Part shown: positions 17,967 to 28,529 of the stretch, piece by piece
Layout of the letters: every line of letters starts with the position of its first letter
Position numbering within the stretch: the stretch's first letter is position 1
Source of the DNA: Bacteroidales bacterium UBA6377
Lineage (GTDB): Bacteria; Bacteroidota; Bacteroidia; Bacteroidales; UBA932
Length of the DNA stretch: 64,000 nt
Assembly (NCBI GenBank): GCA_002438805.1
Contig: DJQV01000019.1
Location: forward strand, 941-64,940
Direction of reading: 5' to 3'
Position numbers and translations under genes: made by a program
The notes under the pieces: model-generated
What the model was told of the DNA's origin: nothing
The model's input: only the letters and a program-made list of their open reading frames with translations
The model's database searches: none

Positions 17967-20573
17967 TTACAGCAAAGTGAAATCCAGTGATTTGAGGTCG
18001 CGGTCGGCGGATGAGGAGCCGTAGAGGATCTTGTAGCGTCCCGGGGCCGGGGCGAGCCCGTCATTGCCGTCATAGAAGTGGAAGGCTTCGTTGTCGAGTT
18101 CCAGTTTGACTTTCACGGTCTTGCCGGCGGCGATCTTCACCTTTTTGAAGGCTTTCAGAGACTTCAGCGGAGCGTCAGCCCTGTCAAGGCTCTTGACATA
18201 GACCTGCACAACCTCCTCCCCGTCCACAGCCCCGGTGTTTGTGACAGGGACTGTAAGGGTGATTTTCTTGCCAGGCTTGGCGGAAGCGGCTGAAAGCCTG
18301 CCCTGGCCGTATCCGAATGAGGTGTAGCTGAGCCCGAAGCCGAACGGGTACATCGGTTCTCCACGGAAGTAGCGGTAAGTCCTGCCTTCCATGCTGTAGT
18401 CCTGGAAATCAGGCAGCTGCGCTGTGGAGGCATAGAAAGTCACCGGGAGTTTCGCAGACGGATTGAAGTCTCCGAGCAGCAGGCCCGCGAGAGCATCCGC
18501 ACCGCCCTGACCGCCATACCAGGCCTGGATGAGAGCATCGTAGCTGTCTTCCACACCCTCAAAGCCCATCGCCGAACCGGAGCAGTTGACATATACAACC
18601 GGACGGCCCGTGGCATGCACTGCCTTGAGCAGACGCCTCTGGACATTCGGAAGCTCTATGTCCGGACGGTCTCCGCCCTCACCCTCAAACGAGGCGGTGA
18701 TGCCTCCGACCACGATGATGGCGTCGGCATCTGCCACCTTGGAAGCAAGGGACTCGAACTCAGCCTTTTCCCTGCGGCAGAACTGCGCGGAGAGCATGGC
18801 GAACGGACCGTCACCGCGCACGTACTCAACTTCTATATTATAGCTTCCTCCCCTCTTGACAGGGATTGACTTGTATTCAGGTACTGTGTTGCGGAATCCG
18901 AATCCGCGACGGGCGGCCCTGCCGGCCTTTTCCACTGTACGCCCGTTGACCTTGAGGGTGTAGCCGTTGTCACTGGAGATGTTGTACTGGAGGAGTCCGT
19001 CGAAGTCCGGCTTGAATTCGCCGCTCAGCCTTACCGCCACTCCGTCGGCATCCACGCCCTCCGAGAAGCCGTATGCACCGAAGGTGCTGAAGTTGATTTC
19101 ACCGTCCCTGTACTCTTCTTTCACCGCGCTGCCCGACAGGCTCTTTCCGCCGTAGAACTGTGTCTTGAGACCCTTTCCTCCATTGAACTGCGGCAGCAGG
19201 TTCTCCGTATTGTACTCATCGACATAGTCGCAGGCAGGGTCGTAGAAGATCTCGGCTTCCGGGAGCGCCTTTTTCAAGCCGGCGAGGATAGAGCGGGCAT
19301 GCTCCGCTGTCGGAGTGCCGCCGTAGTTGCCGTTGAGCATCTGGACGTTGTCGGCATTCGGGCCGAGCACCGCGATCTTGCGCACTTTGCGGGAAAGCGG
19401 CAGCACGCCCTCGTTTTTCAGAAGTACCATGGACTCGGCCGCAGCCTGCACGGCCTGCGCGTCATGCTCCTCGCTGCTGATGACTTCCGGGCCAAGTCCC
19501 GCCCACGGGAGCATCCCGGCAGGGTCGAACATTCCCAGCTCGAAGCGGGAACGCAATGTACGGCGAAGGTGGACATCCAGATCCGACTCCTTGATGAGCC
19601 CCTGCTTGAGGGCGTCGATCAGGGATGTGAAACTGTTGCCGCACTCAAGGTCGGTCCCGTTCAGCACAGCGTCTGCTGAAGCGTGCATCGCGTCAGGATG
19701 GGTCTCGTGCTGCCCCGGGGTGTAGAAATTGTTGATCGCGTCGCAGTCGGTGACCACCAGGGACTTATAGCCCCATTTGTCACGGAGTATGTTCTGGAGA
19801 AGCCTGTCGCTCGCGCAGCACGGCACCCCTTCATAACGATGGTAGGCGCACATCACCTCCTGCACGTTGGCCTCGGTCACAAGAGCCTTGAATGCAGGAA
19901 GATAGGTCTCCCACAGGTCGCGCCCCGACACGCTGACATCGAATCGGTGCCGCAGGGGTTCCGGCCCGCTGTGCACCCCGAAGTGTTTCGCGCAGGCGTG
20001 GGTCTTGAAGTACCTGTCGTCGTCGCCCTGCATCCCCTTGACGGTCTGCATCCCGATGACTTCCGTCAGATAAGGGTCTTCCCCGGGGGTCTCCTGGCCT
20101 CGCCCCCAGCGTGGATCGCGGAAGATGTTGATGTTAGGGCACCAGAAACTCAGTTCGGGGTTGCCGGGGTAATACCGGGCACGCATCCCGACATTGAATT
20201 CCGGGGTGGAACGGTTCCAGTTGGCCCGGGCCTCATCGGAGACGCTGCTGAACACCTCGTATACAAGGTCGGGGTTGAACGTGGCGGCAAGACCGATATA
20301 CTGCGGGTAGACAGTGTACCCGTCGGCCCTGATGCCGTGGCAGGCCTCGCTCCACCAGTTGTAGGCCGGGATTCCGAGCCGGTCCACGGAGACAGACTTG
20401 TTCATCATCAGCCCCACCTTCTCCTCCGGAGTCAGCAGGGAAAGCAGGTTCTCCACCCTCTCCTCTACCGGGAGAGAAGGGTCTCGGAACGGATACTCAT
20501 ACTCGTTTCCGCCACCGCAAGCGGAAGCCATCAAAAGCGCAGCCGAAAAAGCCGCAAGCATCTCGGTCTTCAT
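17967..20573 (-). CDS. GH3 beta-xylosidase-like lipoprotein with a PA14 insertion and Fn3-like tail
   Basis: WWSEACHG, RDPRWGRGQETPGEDP, CAKHF, VVTDCD nucleophile. Confidence 0.92.
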   Translation of the reverse strand: MKTEMLAAFSAALLMASACGGGNEYEYPFRDPSLPVEERVENLLSLLTPEEKVGLMMNKSVSVDRLGIPAYNWWSEACHGIRADGYTVYPQYIGLAATFNPDLVYEVFSSVSDEARANWNRSTPEFNVGMRARYYPGNPELSFWCPNINIFRDPRWGRGQETPGEDPYLTEVIGMQTVKGMQGDDDRYFKTHACAKHFGVHSGPEPLRHRFDVSVSGRDLWETYLPAFKALVTEANVQEVMCAYHRYEGVPCCASDRLLQNILRDKWGYKSLVVTDCDAINNFYTPGQHETHPDAMHASADAVLNGTDLECGNSFTSLIDALKQGLIKESDLDVHLRRTLRSRFELGMFDPAGMLPWAGLGPEVISSEEHDAQAVQAAAESMVLLKNEGVLPLSRKVRKIAVLGPNADNVQMLNGNYGGTPTAEHARSILAGLKKALPEAEIFYDPACDYVDEYNTENLLPQFNGGKGLKTQFYGGKSLSGSAVKEEYRDGEINFSTFGAYGFSEGVDADGVAVRLSGEFKPDFDGLLQYNISSDNGYTLKVNGRTVEKAGRAARRGFGFRNTVPEYKSIPVKRGGSYNIEVEYVRGDGPFAMLSAQFCRREKAEFESLASKVADADAIIVVGGITASFEGEGGDRPDIELPNVQRRLLKAVHATGRPVVYVNCSGSAMGFEGVEDSYDALIQAWYGGQGGADALAGLLLGDFNPSAKLPVTFYASTAQLPDFQDYSMEGRTYRYFRGEPMYPFGFGLSYTSFGYGQGRLSAASAKPGKKITLTVPVTNTGAVDGEEVVQVYVKSLDRADAPLKSLKAFKKVKIAAGKTVKVKLELDNEAFHFYDGNDGLAPAPGRYKILYGSSSADRDLKSLDFTLL

Positions 20574-20578
20574 AAGAT

Positions 20579-21586
20579 TCAGTGTTTGTATATCAATTCT
20601 TTATATGGTCTTTTCGGATCGTTGGTAAAAATCTCCAGAGTCTCGGCTTCCCTCCCGGTACGCACTCTCACCTCCAGGACGGAACCCGGCGGGAGCACCG
20701 TCCCCGGCTTCAGGTTTGAATCCGCGCCGCCACGCACGGCATGGATCACCAGAGGAGACGTCCCGTCATTGTAGAGTTCTATGCTTCCCTTATACTCACG
20801 GGACAGAGGGACGCGATGAAGCCTGCCCACAGAAGGAAAAGTACGGAGCATGGCTCCTTTATCCTCCTCACTTCGAAGCCTGATGCAGGAAGCCATCAAT
20901 GTACCGGGCTCTCCGCCAGCATCAATAATGATGGTATCGCGGCTGCTCGTCCAGTCCTCACCAGGGCCGGCGTAAACCATGCTGAGCGCAGCCACTTCCC
21001 CTGGTACAAGCAGCGCCGGAGCCGAGACTTGCAGGCCGGGATTGCTGCATCTCAGTTTGAGAGGCAGAGGCTTTGAAGAGACATTGACTATCTTTATCTT
21101 TTTTCGGGCTGATTCACCATCATATATGTATCCGAACGGAATCTCCCGCCTTGAGGCGCGCAGAGCAGCGGTCAGGGCGACAGGACATGATTCATCAATT
21201 CCGTCGCCAGCCCCGCGCACGATGGCAGAAAGGCTGAGCGCAGCCACCTCTTCTCCGCTGCGTGTGAATATCCCCACGGTCCGTACGGCATATCCGGAGA
21301 CCCCGGACAAGTCAAATGCCACATCCACGGTGCCTCTCTGGCCAGGGAGGACTTCGCGTGGAGTGAGCGTCGCGCTGATGCAGCTGCATCCGGGCACCGG
21401 AGAGGCCAGACTGGCTGTGGAAGAGCCGCTGTTGAGAAAGCGGAACGAATGGCGCAGAGGTCCTTGTGCAGATTCCACCGCACCGAAATCACACTCTGTG
21501 GAGTCGAATACAATAGAAATCTCGCCTCCCTGAACATTGAAGTGCAAGAAGGCGAGAGCAACAAATAATTTAACCAATTTTACCAT
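20579..21586 (-). CDS. DUF1573 (Ig-like repeat) domain protein
   Basis: DFG…F.F.N.G…PGCSC pattern with repeated Ig-like modules; TAACTTTG box at 21594-21601 on the minus strand. Confidence 0.75.
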   Translation of the reverse strand: MVKLVKLFVALAFLHFNVQGGEISIVFDSTECDFGAVESAQGPLRHSFRFLNSGSSTASLASPVPGCSCISATLTPREVLPGQRGTVDVAFDLSGVSGYAVRTVGIFTRSGEEVAALSLSAIVRGAGDGIDESCPVALTAALRASRREIPFGYIYDGESARKKIKIVNVSSKPLPLKLRCSNPGLQVSAPALLVPGEVAALSMVYAGPGEDWTSSRDTIIIDAGGEPGTLMASCIRLRSEEDKGAMLRTFPSVGRLHRVPLSREYKGSIELYNDGTSPLVIHAVRGGADSNLKPGTVLPPGSVLEVRVRTGREAETLEIFTNDPKRPYKELIYKH

Positions 21587-21760
21587 CCGGGGACAAAGTT
21601 ACCCCTATCCGGCAAAGTCGCAATATTCTGGCGATACATTAAGTTTTGCCGCCGCTACTTTTTCGGGAAAACTGTCTTATGTTGCAAAAGCGAAAGATAA
21701 TGTAACACTGTTCCGGGGCCACTTCGGAATGCATCTGTTATTTTTGCCGAAAATCACACA

Positions 21761-22915
21761 ATGATGAAAAAAGCCATATTCCTGCTGCCTCTGGCAATGC
21801 TGGCGGCGTGCACAACCAAACCACAACAACCACAGACACTGAAAGATGCGCTTGAGGGAAAGTTCCTCATAGGAAGCGCAATCAACGAGGCGCAGATCCG
21901 CGGCCTTGACACCAGGGGCGACTCTGTGCTTTTCAGGCATTTCAACTCCATCGAGCCGGAAAACTGCCTCAAGAGCGAGGAGCTCCAACCGGAAAAAGGT
22001 GTTTTCAAGTGGGAACTCGCCGACAAATATGTAGACTTCGGGGAGAAGAACAATCTCACCGTCTACGGCCACTGCCTGATCTGGCACTCACAGCTCCCGG
22101 CATGGTTCGCCAAGAACGAAGACGGGACCGACGTCTCTCCGGAAGAACTCAAAAAGCGCATGAAAGACCATATATATACAGTGGTCGGACGATACAAAGG
22201 ACGCATCAAGGGCTGGGACGTGGTCAACGAAGCCATCAACGATGACGGCAGCTGGAGACAGAGTCCTTTCTACAAGATACTCGGTGAGGAGTACATCCCG
22301 CTCGCATTCCAGTACGCACACGAGGCCGACCCGGACTGCGAACTCTACTACAACGACTACAACATGCACTGCGAGGGCAAGATCGCGACCGTCATCAAGA
22401 TGGTCAAGGATCTCCAGGCACGCGGCCTGAGGATAGATGCCGTGGGATTCCAGGGACATTTCGGCACGGACTACCCGGATGTAGACCAGCTTGAGAAGAA
22501 CATTGTGGATGTCCATGCGTGCGGAGTGGATGTGATGTTCACCGAACTCGACATGTCCATCCTCCCGACGATAGCCATGACAGCCGACCTTGCAGGCGTG
22601 CCATTCCCGGAGATCCGCAAGAATCCGGAACTGTCCAAGAAACTCCATGACATCATGGTGCCTTACCCGGACGGGATCCCGCAGGAGGCTTATGACAAGT
22701 GGAACCAGAGGGCGCAGATGTTCTGGGACATGTTCCTCAGGCAGCACGACAAGATACGCCGCATCAACGTATGGGGCATCCAGGACGGGGACAGCTGGAA
22801 GAACGGATTCCCGGTAAGGATGGAAGGCCGCATCGATGCGCCGCTGCTCTTCGACCGCAACTACAGGCAGAAGCCTGTTGTGGACTGGATCATCGCGAAT
22901 GCTGACAAATATTGA
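21761..22915 (+). CDS. GH10 endo-1,4-beta-xylanase lipoprotein
   Basis: LAAC lipobox, PENCLK, GHCLIWHSQ, WDVVNEA (acid/base), FTELDM (nucleophile). Confidence 0.95.
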   Translation: MMKKAIFLLPLAMLAACTTKPQQPQTLKDALEGKFLIGSAINEAQIRGLDTRGDSVLFRHFNSIEPENCLKSEELQPEKGVFKWELADKYVDFGEKNNLTVYGHCLIWHSQLPAWFAKNEDGTDVSPEELKKRMKDHIYTVVGRYKGRIKGWDVVNEAINDDGSWRQSPFYKILGEEYIPLAFQYAHEADPDCELYYNDYNMHCEGKIATVIKMVKDLQARGLRIDAVGFQGHFGTDYPDVDQLEKNIVDVHACGVDVMFTELDMSILPTIAMTADLAGVPFPEIRKNPELSKKLHDIMVPYPDGIPQEAYDKWNQRAQMFWDMFLRQHDKIRRINVWGIQDGDSWKNGFPVRMEGRIDAPLLFDRNYRQKPVVDWIIANADKY

Positions 22916-22937
22916 TTTTTGCCGGAAATATTATCGG

Positions 22938-22964
22938 GGCGGTGCAGCAGCATCGCCTTTTTTT
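22938..22964 (+). terminator. Rho-independent terminator after GH10
   Basis: ggcggtgc-agca-gcatcgcc followed by T7. Confidence 0.75.
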
Positions 22965-22996
22965 GTAAATTGCGTGACAAAATCAATTGACCGACA

Positions 22997-25900
22997 ATGT
23001 CCTCAAAAACAATCATCCTATCGGCTGCCGCGCTGCTGTTAACCTGCGCGGCGGCTGCCATGACCCCGTCCTGGATAAGGCACAACAGCATCTCCCCGGA
23101 CGGAAGCACCATAGCATTCAGCTATAAAGGTGACATCTGGACCGTGCCCGCCTCAGGCGGAGAAGCCACGCAGATCACATCAAACCAGGCCTACGACTCC
23201 GAGCCGCTCTGGACACGTGACGGGCAGAGCATCATCTTCACCTCACGTCGCGAAGGCAGCAAGGACATCTTCCTGACTTCCAGATCAGGAGGCATCCCGA
23301 GGAGGCTGACCACCCTTCCGGGAAACGAGACCCCGCTCGCCGTACTAGAAGACGGCGGCATCCTCTTCAGCTGGTACAACGGCGCGGTGGAGAGCGAAAG
23401 CTACGGAGACTTCCCGGGCACGGCCCAGCTCTACCGCACGGACCTGTCAGGAAGCGCCCCGGCACTGGTCACCTCCCTTCCTGTCATGGCCATGAGCATC
23501 AGCAAAGCCGGCACCATCCTGTATGAGGACTATAAGGGCTACGAAGACCCTCTCCGCAAGCACCACACCTCCTCAGTCACACGCGACATCTGGAAGTATA
23601 CGCCGCCCGTGGGAGAGGAGGGCATCAGTTCCAGAGGAAGTTTCACAAAGCTCAGCGACTACCGCGGAGAGGACCGCAACCCGGTGTTCGCCGCCGACGG
23701 AGACACATTCTACTACCTGAGCGAGCGTGACGGCAAGTGTTCCAACATCTGGCGCAGTTCCATCTCGAAGCCGGGAGAATCCGTCCAGCTGACATTCGAG
23801 AAGCACAACCCGGTACGCTTCCTGTCCATATCGGACGTCGGCACACTCGCCTACTCCTGCAACGGCGACATCTATACGCTGAAGGAAGGCGGTGTCCCGG
23901 CCAAAGTCGGCATCAGCCTGACACGGGACGAGAGCGAACGCGAGCTGCAGAAATTCAACTACAGCTCAGGTGCAAGTTCCATGGCCGTATCACCTGACGG
24001 AAAAGAAGTCGCAATGATTATAAGAGGCGACGTGTTCGTAACCTCGACGGAGTTCCGCACCACAAGGCGCATCACCAACACCCCGGAACAGGAAAGAAAC
24101 GTGGACTTCTCCGCCGACGGGAGGGAACTATACTACTCATCCGAACGCGACGGCCACTGGGGCATATACAGGACATCCCTCGTCCGCAAGGAAGACAAGC
24201 TCTTCACATACGCAGTGCAGACCAAAGAAGAACTCGTGTCCACCCCGGGCGAGACCTGTTTCCAGCCGGACGTGTCCCCGGACGGCAAGTGGGTGGCCTA
24301 TTACCGCAACCGTACAGAACTGGTAATCAAGAATATAAAGAACGGCAAGGAAAAATCCCTCTTCAAGGATGTCAACTATTCCTACAGCGACGGGGACCAG
24401 GGATTCGAATGGAGTCCGGACAGCCATTACATCCTCTGCAACTGGCAGGCAAACGGAGGCTGGAACAACTCCGATGTGGCCCTGATAGACATAGAGACAG
24501 GTGAAATCACCGACCTCACCCGCAGCGGATACTCCGACAGCAACTTCAAGTGGGTTCTCGGCGGCAAAGCCATGACATGGGAGTCGGACAAGAACGGCTA
24601 CCGCAGCCACGGCAGCTGGGGCGCGGAAAGCGACATCTACATCATGTTCTTCGATGGCAAGGCCATGAGCGAATTCGGACGCAGCAAAGAGCAGATAGAA
24701 ATCGACAACATGCTCAAATCCGAAAAAGAGGTCAAGGCCGAGAAAAAAGAGGAGAAGAAAGACTCGCTCGACAAGGCCAAGAACAAGATGGAGAAACTCA
24801 AACTCGACCTCGCCGGCAGGGACGACCGCATCAAGAGGCTCACCCCGAGCTCAAACATGATGGGAGACCACTTCCTGAGCATCGACGGAAACAAGCTCTA
24901 CTTCACCCAAAGGCTCGAAAAAGGCTATGACCTCTGCGTGCGCGACCTGCAGGAGGGCAGCATCAGCGTGCTTGCAAAAGGAGTGTCCGGCACATTCTAC
25001 CCATCTTCTGACGGCAAGAGCCTGTATGTCTTCTCAGGCCGCGGGCTGTCCAAGCTCTCCCTCCCCTCCGGCAAGAGTGAAGCCATCACATTCTCCGGAG
25101 AGTATGAGTATAAACCGGCACAGGAGCGCAAGTACATGTTCGAGCATGTCTGGAAGCAGGTTCTGGAGAAATTCTACGTCAAAGACCTTCATGGTACGGA
25201 CTGGCAATACTGCCACGACAACTACGCTGCCTTCCTCCCGCACATCAACAACAACTTCGACTTCCAGGATCTCCTCTCCGAGATGCTCGGAGAACTCAAC
25301 GGTTCACACACCGGCGCACGCTACCGCGCCTCAACGACACGCAACATGGGTTATCTCGGAGTGCTTTTCGACACCGACTGGACAGGTAAAGGCCTCAAGA
25401 TCAAAGAAGTGCTCCCGGGAGGCGTGCTCTCTCTTGCGGATTCGGAGATAAAGCCGGGAGACATCATCGAGACCATAGAAGGCCGCAGCCTCGAAAGCCC
25501 TGCTGACGTGCTGTCCGCCCTTGAGGACAAGGCCGGCAAGCGGATCTGCATCACGGTGAAGAAAGGCTCCGGCAAGCCGGAGGAGATGTTCGTCACACCG
25601 GCATTCTCCGACAGCACTCCCCTCTACCGCAGGTGGGTACGCCAGCGTGAGGAAATGGTGGAGAAGCTCTCCGGCGGACGCGTGGGCTATGTACACATCG
25701 AGGGCATGGACTCGGACAGTTTCCGTGAGATGTTCTCCAAGGCTCTGGGCAAATACCGCGGCTGCGACGCCCTCATAGTGGACACCAGACACAACGGCGG
25801 AGGCTGGCTCCACGATGACGTGGTCACGTTCCTCGGAGGCAAGCTCTACACCAAATACATCCCGCGCGGCCAGTTCATCGGAGACGAGCCGTTCACAAAG

Positions 25901-26269
25901 TGGACCAAGCCGTCCTGCATGCTCATCGGCGAGGACAACTACTCCGACGCCTCCGGCACACCTCTCGCCTACCGCCAGCTCGGCATCGGCAAACTCATAG
26001 GCGCCCCGATCCCGGGCACCATGACAGCCGTATGGTGGGAGACCCTCATCGACAGTTCCCTCGTATTCGGAATTCCTCAGGTAGGCTCATGGTCGGTCGC
26101 CGACGGACGCTTCGTGGAGAACAACCAGATCGAACCGGACATCGAAGTCTACAACGACCCGGCCTCAGTGCTGCGCGGCGAAGACAGGCAGCTTGAGGCG
26201 GCCGTTGCGGAGATGCTCAAGGAAATAAGCACGGCCAAAGACCCTAGCGTCTCTGGCGACGGAAGATGA
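22997..26269 (+). CDS. Tricorn-like S41 family peptidase (beta-propellers, PDZ, catalytic domain)
   Basis: SPDG (PD40) repeats, ELNGSHTG, DTRHNGGG, YSDA catalytic Ser. Confidence 0.92.
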   Translation: MSSKTIILSAAALLLTCAAAAMTPSWIRHNSISPDGSTIAFSYKGDIWTVPASGGEATQITSNQAYDSEPLWTRDGQSIIFTSRREGSKDIFLTSRSGGIPRRLTTLPGNETPLAVLEDGGILFSWYNGAVESESYGDFPGTAQLYRTDLSGSAPALVTSLPVMAMSISKAGTILYEDYKGYEDPLRKHHTSSVTRDIWKYTPPVGEEGISSRGSFTKLSDYRGEDRNPVFAADGDTFYYLSERDGKCSNIWRSSISKPGESVQLTFEKHNPVRFLSISDVGTLAYSCNGDIYTLKEGGVPAKVGISLTRDESERELQKFNYSSGASSMAVSPDGKEVAMIIRGDVFVTSTEFRTTRRITNTPEQERNVDFSADGRELYYSSERDGHWGIYRTSLVRKEDKLFTYAVQTKEELVSTPGETCFQPDVSPDGKWVAYYRNRTELVIKNIKNGKEKSLFKDVNYSYSDGDQGFEWSPDSHYILCNWQANGGWNNSDVALIDIETGEITDLTRSGYSDSNFKWVLGGKAMTWESDKNGYRSHGSWGAESDIYIMFFDGKAMSEFGRSKEQIEIDNMLKSEKEVKAEKKEEKKDSLDKAKNKMEKLKLDLAGRDDRIKRLTPSSNMMGDHFLSIDGNKLYFTQRLEKGYDLCVRDLQEGSISVLAKGVSGTFYPSSDGKSLYVFSGRGLSKLSLPSGKSEAITFSGEYEYKPAQERKYMFEHVWKQVLEKFYVKDLHGTDWQYCHDNYAAFLPHINNNFDFQDLLSEMLGELNGSHTGARYRASTTRNMGYLGVLFDTDWTGKGLKIKEVLPGGVLSLADSEIKPGDIIETIEGRSLESPADVLSALEDKAGKRICITVKKGSGKPEEMFVTPAFSDSTPLYRRWVRQREEMVEKLSGGRVGYVHIEGMDSDSFREMFSKALGKYRGCDALIVDTRHNGGGWLHDDVVTFLGGKLYTKYIPRGQFIGDEPFTKWTKPSCMLIGEDNYSDASGTPLAYRQLGIGKLIGAPIPGTMTAVWWETLIDSSLVFGIPQVGSWSVADGRFVENNQIEPDIEVYNDPASVLRGEDRQLEAAVAEMLKEISTAKDPSVSGDGR

Positions 26270-28529
26270 CGATGACGCCGATGATGGCCAGTACGGCCTG
26301 AAGAGCCCACTTGAAGACAAGCGTCCAGCTGTAGGCACTGTCCGGAGTGATGTCCATCGAATTGTCTATCGGCTGCTTACGGTTGACCTCGACAGGCAGC
26401 CTGTTGTCTGTCATCCAGTTGAATATTCCCGTGCAGAACATGGAGTTGAAAGCCCTGAAACTCTTGCGCGGGATATTCATTTCCACGTTGGACAGGCAGT
26501 CGGCATCACCGACCACCATCACTTTCTGTTCCTTCCCTCCCACCGTGCGGCTCAGGGCCAGGGCGAGGCTGTGCGCCTTGCGGTACTCCCCGGCAGAGAT
26601 GTCGGCGGAAAGTTCGGAAACATCCGCGATTTCATCGAATGAGACGGTCTCCGTCTCATTCCAGCATTCTGTCCCCGGAGTCGCAAGAACAGGAACCGCA
26701 TCCCACCCCGAAGAGAGGCTGTAGTCAATCGCCGCGGCACCCGGCATGGAAACCTTGAGCCCCTGGAAGAAATACGGACTCAGGATGGAGGCATACTCTG
26801 TGCTGACGGCCGGGATCACTGTCGGCGCAGTGGCGCTGCCCGGATAGATGACCGTACCCCTCAGGACTCCGACTCCGAGGTAATCGAGGATATCAGCCAC
26901 GATATCATCCCGGCCAGGGTCGAATGTCAGGAGCATGTCGCCTCCCCGGTCAAGATATTCAAGAATCCTTGCTGTCTGCTCCGGCTCGAACGGCCGCCTC
27001 GCATCCGCGATGACGAGGATGTCTGAAGTGACCGTGCTGTCGGCTGAGACCGTTGTGACGTCGAATCCCGTGTTGACCAGAGAGTTTCGGGTATGCAGCG
27101 CGGATGAGAACCCGGTATAGTCGGCATCTTCGGAGCGTATGATGCTCCTTTCGTTCTGCCCCGCAAGGAAAGCCACCGATACCGCCCCGTTCTCCAGACG
27201 GTAGAGCGCGGTGGTGATCTCCTGTTCATCCGGATACTTCACCATGTCATCGAACACCCTCAGCCAAGTCGCCCTGCCGTCGTCTGTGACGAGCTGCTTG
27301 ACCACATAGTTCTGCTCGGGACGCAAATCAATCTTCTTGCGGATCTGCTCCGGGCTGAGCACCTTTCTCCAAGGAATTCCCCACCCTTCGGCAAACTTCA
27401 CCGCAGTCTCTTTCATGTCCAGGGCCTCTGACGTACCGAAATCATAATTATGCAGCGGCTCGTCATAATAGTAGACTGTCTTCATCCTGATGTCCGGCTT
27501 GAAACGCAGATAGGTCTTGTAACGCTTGATGTCATCGTTGATCGTCACCGGCGATGCACACCAGCTCTCGTAGTCCGAGAGGTTGGCATAAGTGGTGATG
27601 TCAAGTTCCCCGTCAAGCTTCTTGACTATTTCTATACTGTTGGAAGTGAGGGTATTCGACTGTATCTGGCTCGCATCGTGATACAACACCATGGCCGGCC
27701 TTGAGGTGACATATCCGATGGCGAGCACCGCCACCGTGGCCCCGGCATACTTCGCCGCGCACAGCCATTTCCTGGGATTCTTCTTGTACTGGAGCAGAAA
27801 TATGCTGTAGAGCAGGAACAAGGCTATGACAATCACGAAATAGATGATGTCCTCCGAAGAGATGAGCCCGGCAGTCAGCTGCTCGGTGCGTCCGGACAGA
27901 GACGCCCAATACGTCAAGTCACGTACAAAATCAATCTCCTGCCCCATGCTTCCGAGATGATTGAGGAAACCCAGAGCACCGAGAGTCAACAGAGCCGCCA
28001 CAATCTGATAGTTTGTAAGGCAGGACATGAAAAGTCCCAAAGCCGAATATGCCCAGAAGAGCAGGAACTCCCCTGCAAGCCCGGTGAATATCACCCCGTA
28101 ATCAGTGTGCTCCACATGAGCTCCGGTGAACCAAATCGCAGGCAGTATGACCCCGAGCATCACGAAAGAGAACAGCACCATCGAGAGGAACTTGCCTATT
28201 ACTATCTGGGGGGATGTCACCGGAGAAGAATAGAGGAGCTTGATAGCCCCGTTGCTCATATCCCTGCTCATTAGGCCCATGGTAAGCAGCGGGATGAACA
28301 TGTAGAGCGTGCTCATCATGCTGCGGTATACCCCGTTGTAGTGGGAAAAGAGGTTGTATGTGACATTCTCTGCAAAACCATGCAAGTCCATGTCATTGGC
28401 AATTGAGGCGACCTCCGCCGTGAACACCTGATAGGTCTGGAAGCTGAAGATCACGATAATCAGCCAGGCGATAGGTGAATAAAAGAGCTGGCTCAGCTCC
28501 GCTTTGCATATAGACCAGGTCTGTCTCAT
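26244..28529 (-). CDS. ABC-2 permease fused to a GldG-like periplasmic domain
   Basis: ELSQLFYSPIAW, PLLTMGLMS, GKFL, later VVGDADCLSN, C-terminal TM helix. Confidence 0.85.
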   Translation of the reverse strand: MRQTWSICKAELSQLFYSPIAWLIIVIFSFQTYQVFTAEVASIANDMDLHGFAENVTYNLFSHYNGVYRSMMSTLYMFIPLLTMGLMSRDMSNGAIKLLYSSPVTSPQIVIGKFLSMVLFSFVMLGVILPAIWFTGAHVEHTDYGVIFTGLAGEFLLFWAYSALGLFMSCLTNYQIVAALLTLGALGFLNHLGSMGQEIDFVRDLTYWASLSGRTEQLTAGLISSEDIIYFVIVIALFLLYSIFLLQYKKNPRKWLCAAKYAGATVAVLAIGYVTSRPAMVLYHDASQIQSNTLTSNSIEIVKKLDGELDITTYANLSDYESWCASPVTINDDIKRYKTYLRFKPDIRMKTVYYYDEPLHNYDFGTSEALDMKETAVKFAEGWGIPWRKVLSPEQIRKKIDLRPEQNYVVKQLVTDDGRATWLRVFDDMVKYPDEQEITTALYRLENGAVSVAFLAGQNERSIIRSEDADYTGFSSALHTRNSLVNTGFDVTTVSADSTVTSDILVIADARRPFEPEQTARILEYLDRGGDMLLTFDPGRDDIVADILDYLGVGVLRGTVIYPGSATAPTVIPAVSTEYASILSPYFFQGLKVSMPGAAAIDYSLSSGWDAVPVLATPGTECWNETETVSFDEIADVSELSADISAGEYRKAHSLALALSRTVGGKEQKVMVVGDADCLSNVEMNIPRKSFRAFNSMFCTGIFNWMTDNRLPVEVNRKQPIDNSMDITPDSAYSWTLVFKWALQAVLAIIGVIVIFRRQRR

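Noticed and set aside
19683..20774. 363-aa plus-strand ORF, and many similar short overlapping ORFs in the GC-rich half
   Set aside because: Shadow ORFs opposite well-supported genes, expected at high GC.
21691..21715. Shared aaaga…tgtaac motif upstream of GH10 and near the GH9 promoter (about 3409-3422) as a common operator
   Set aside because: Too short and variably spaced to distinguish from chance without a motif search.
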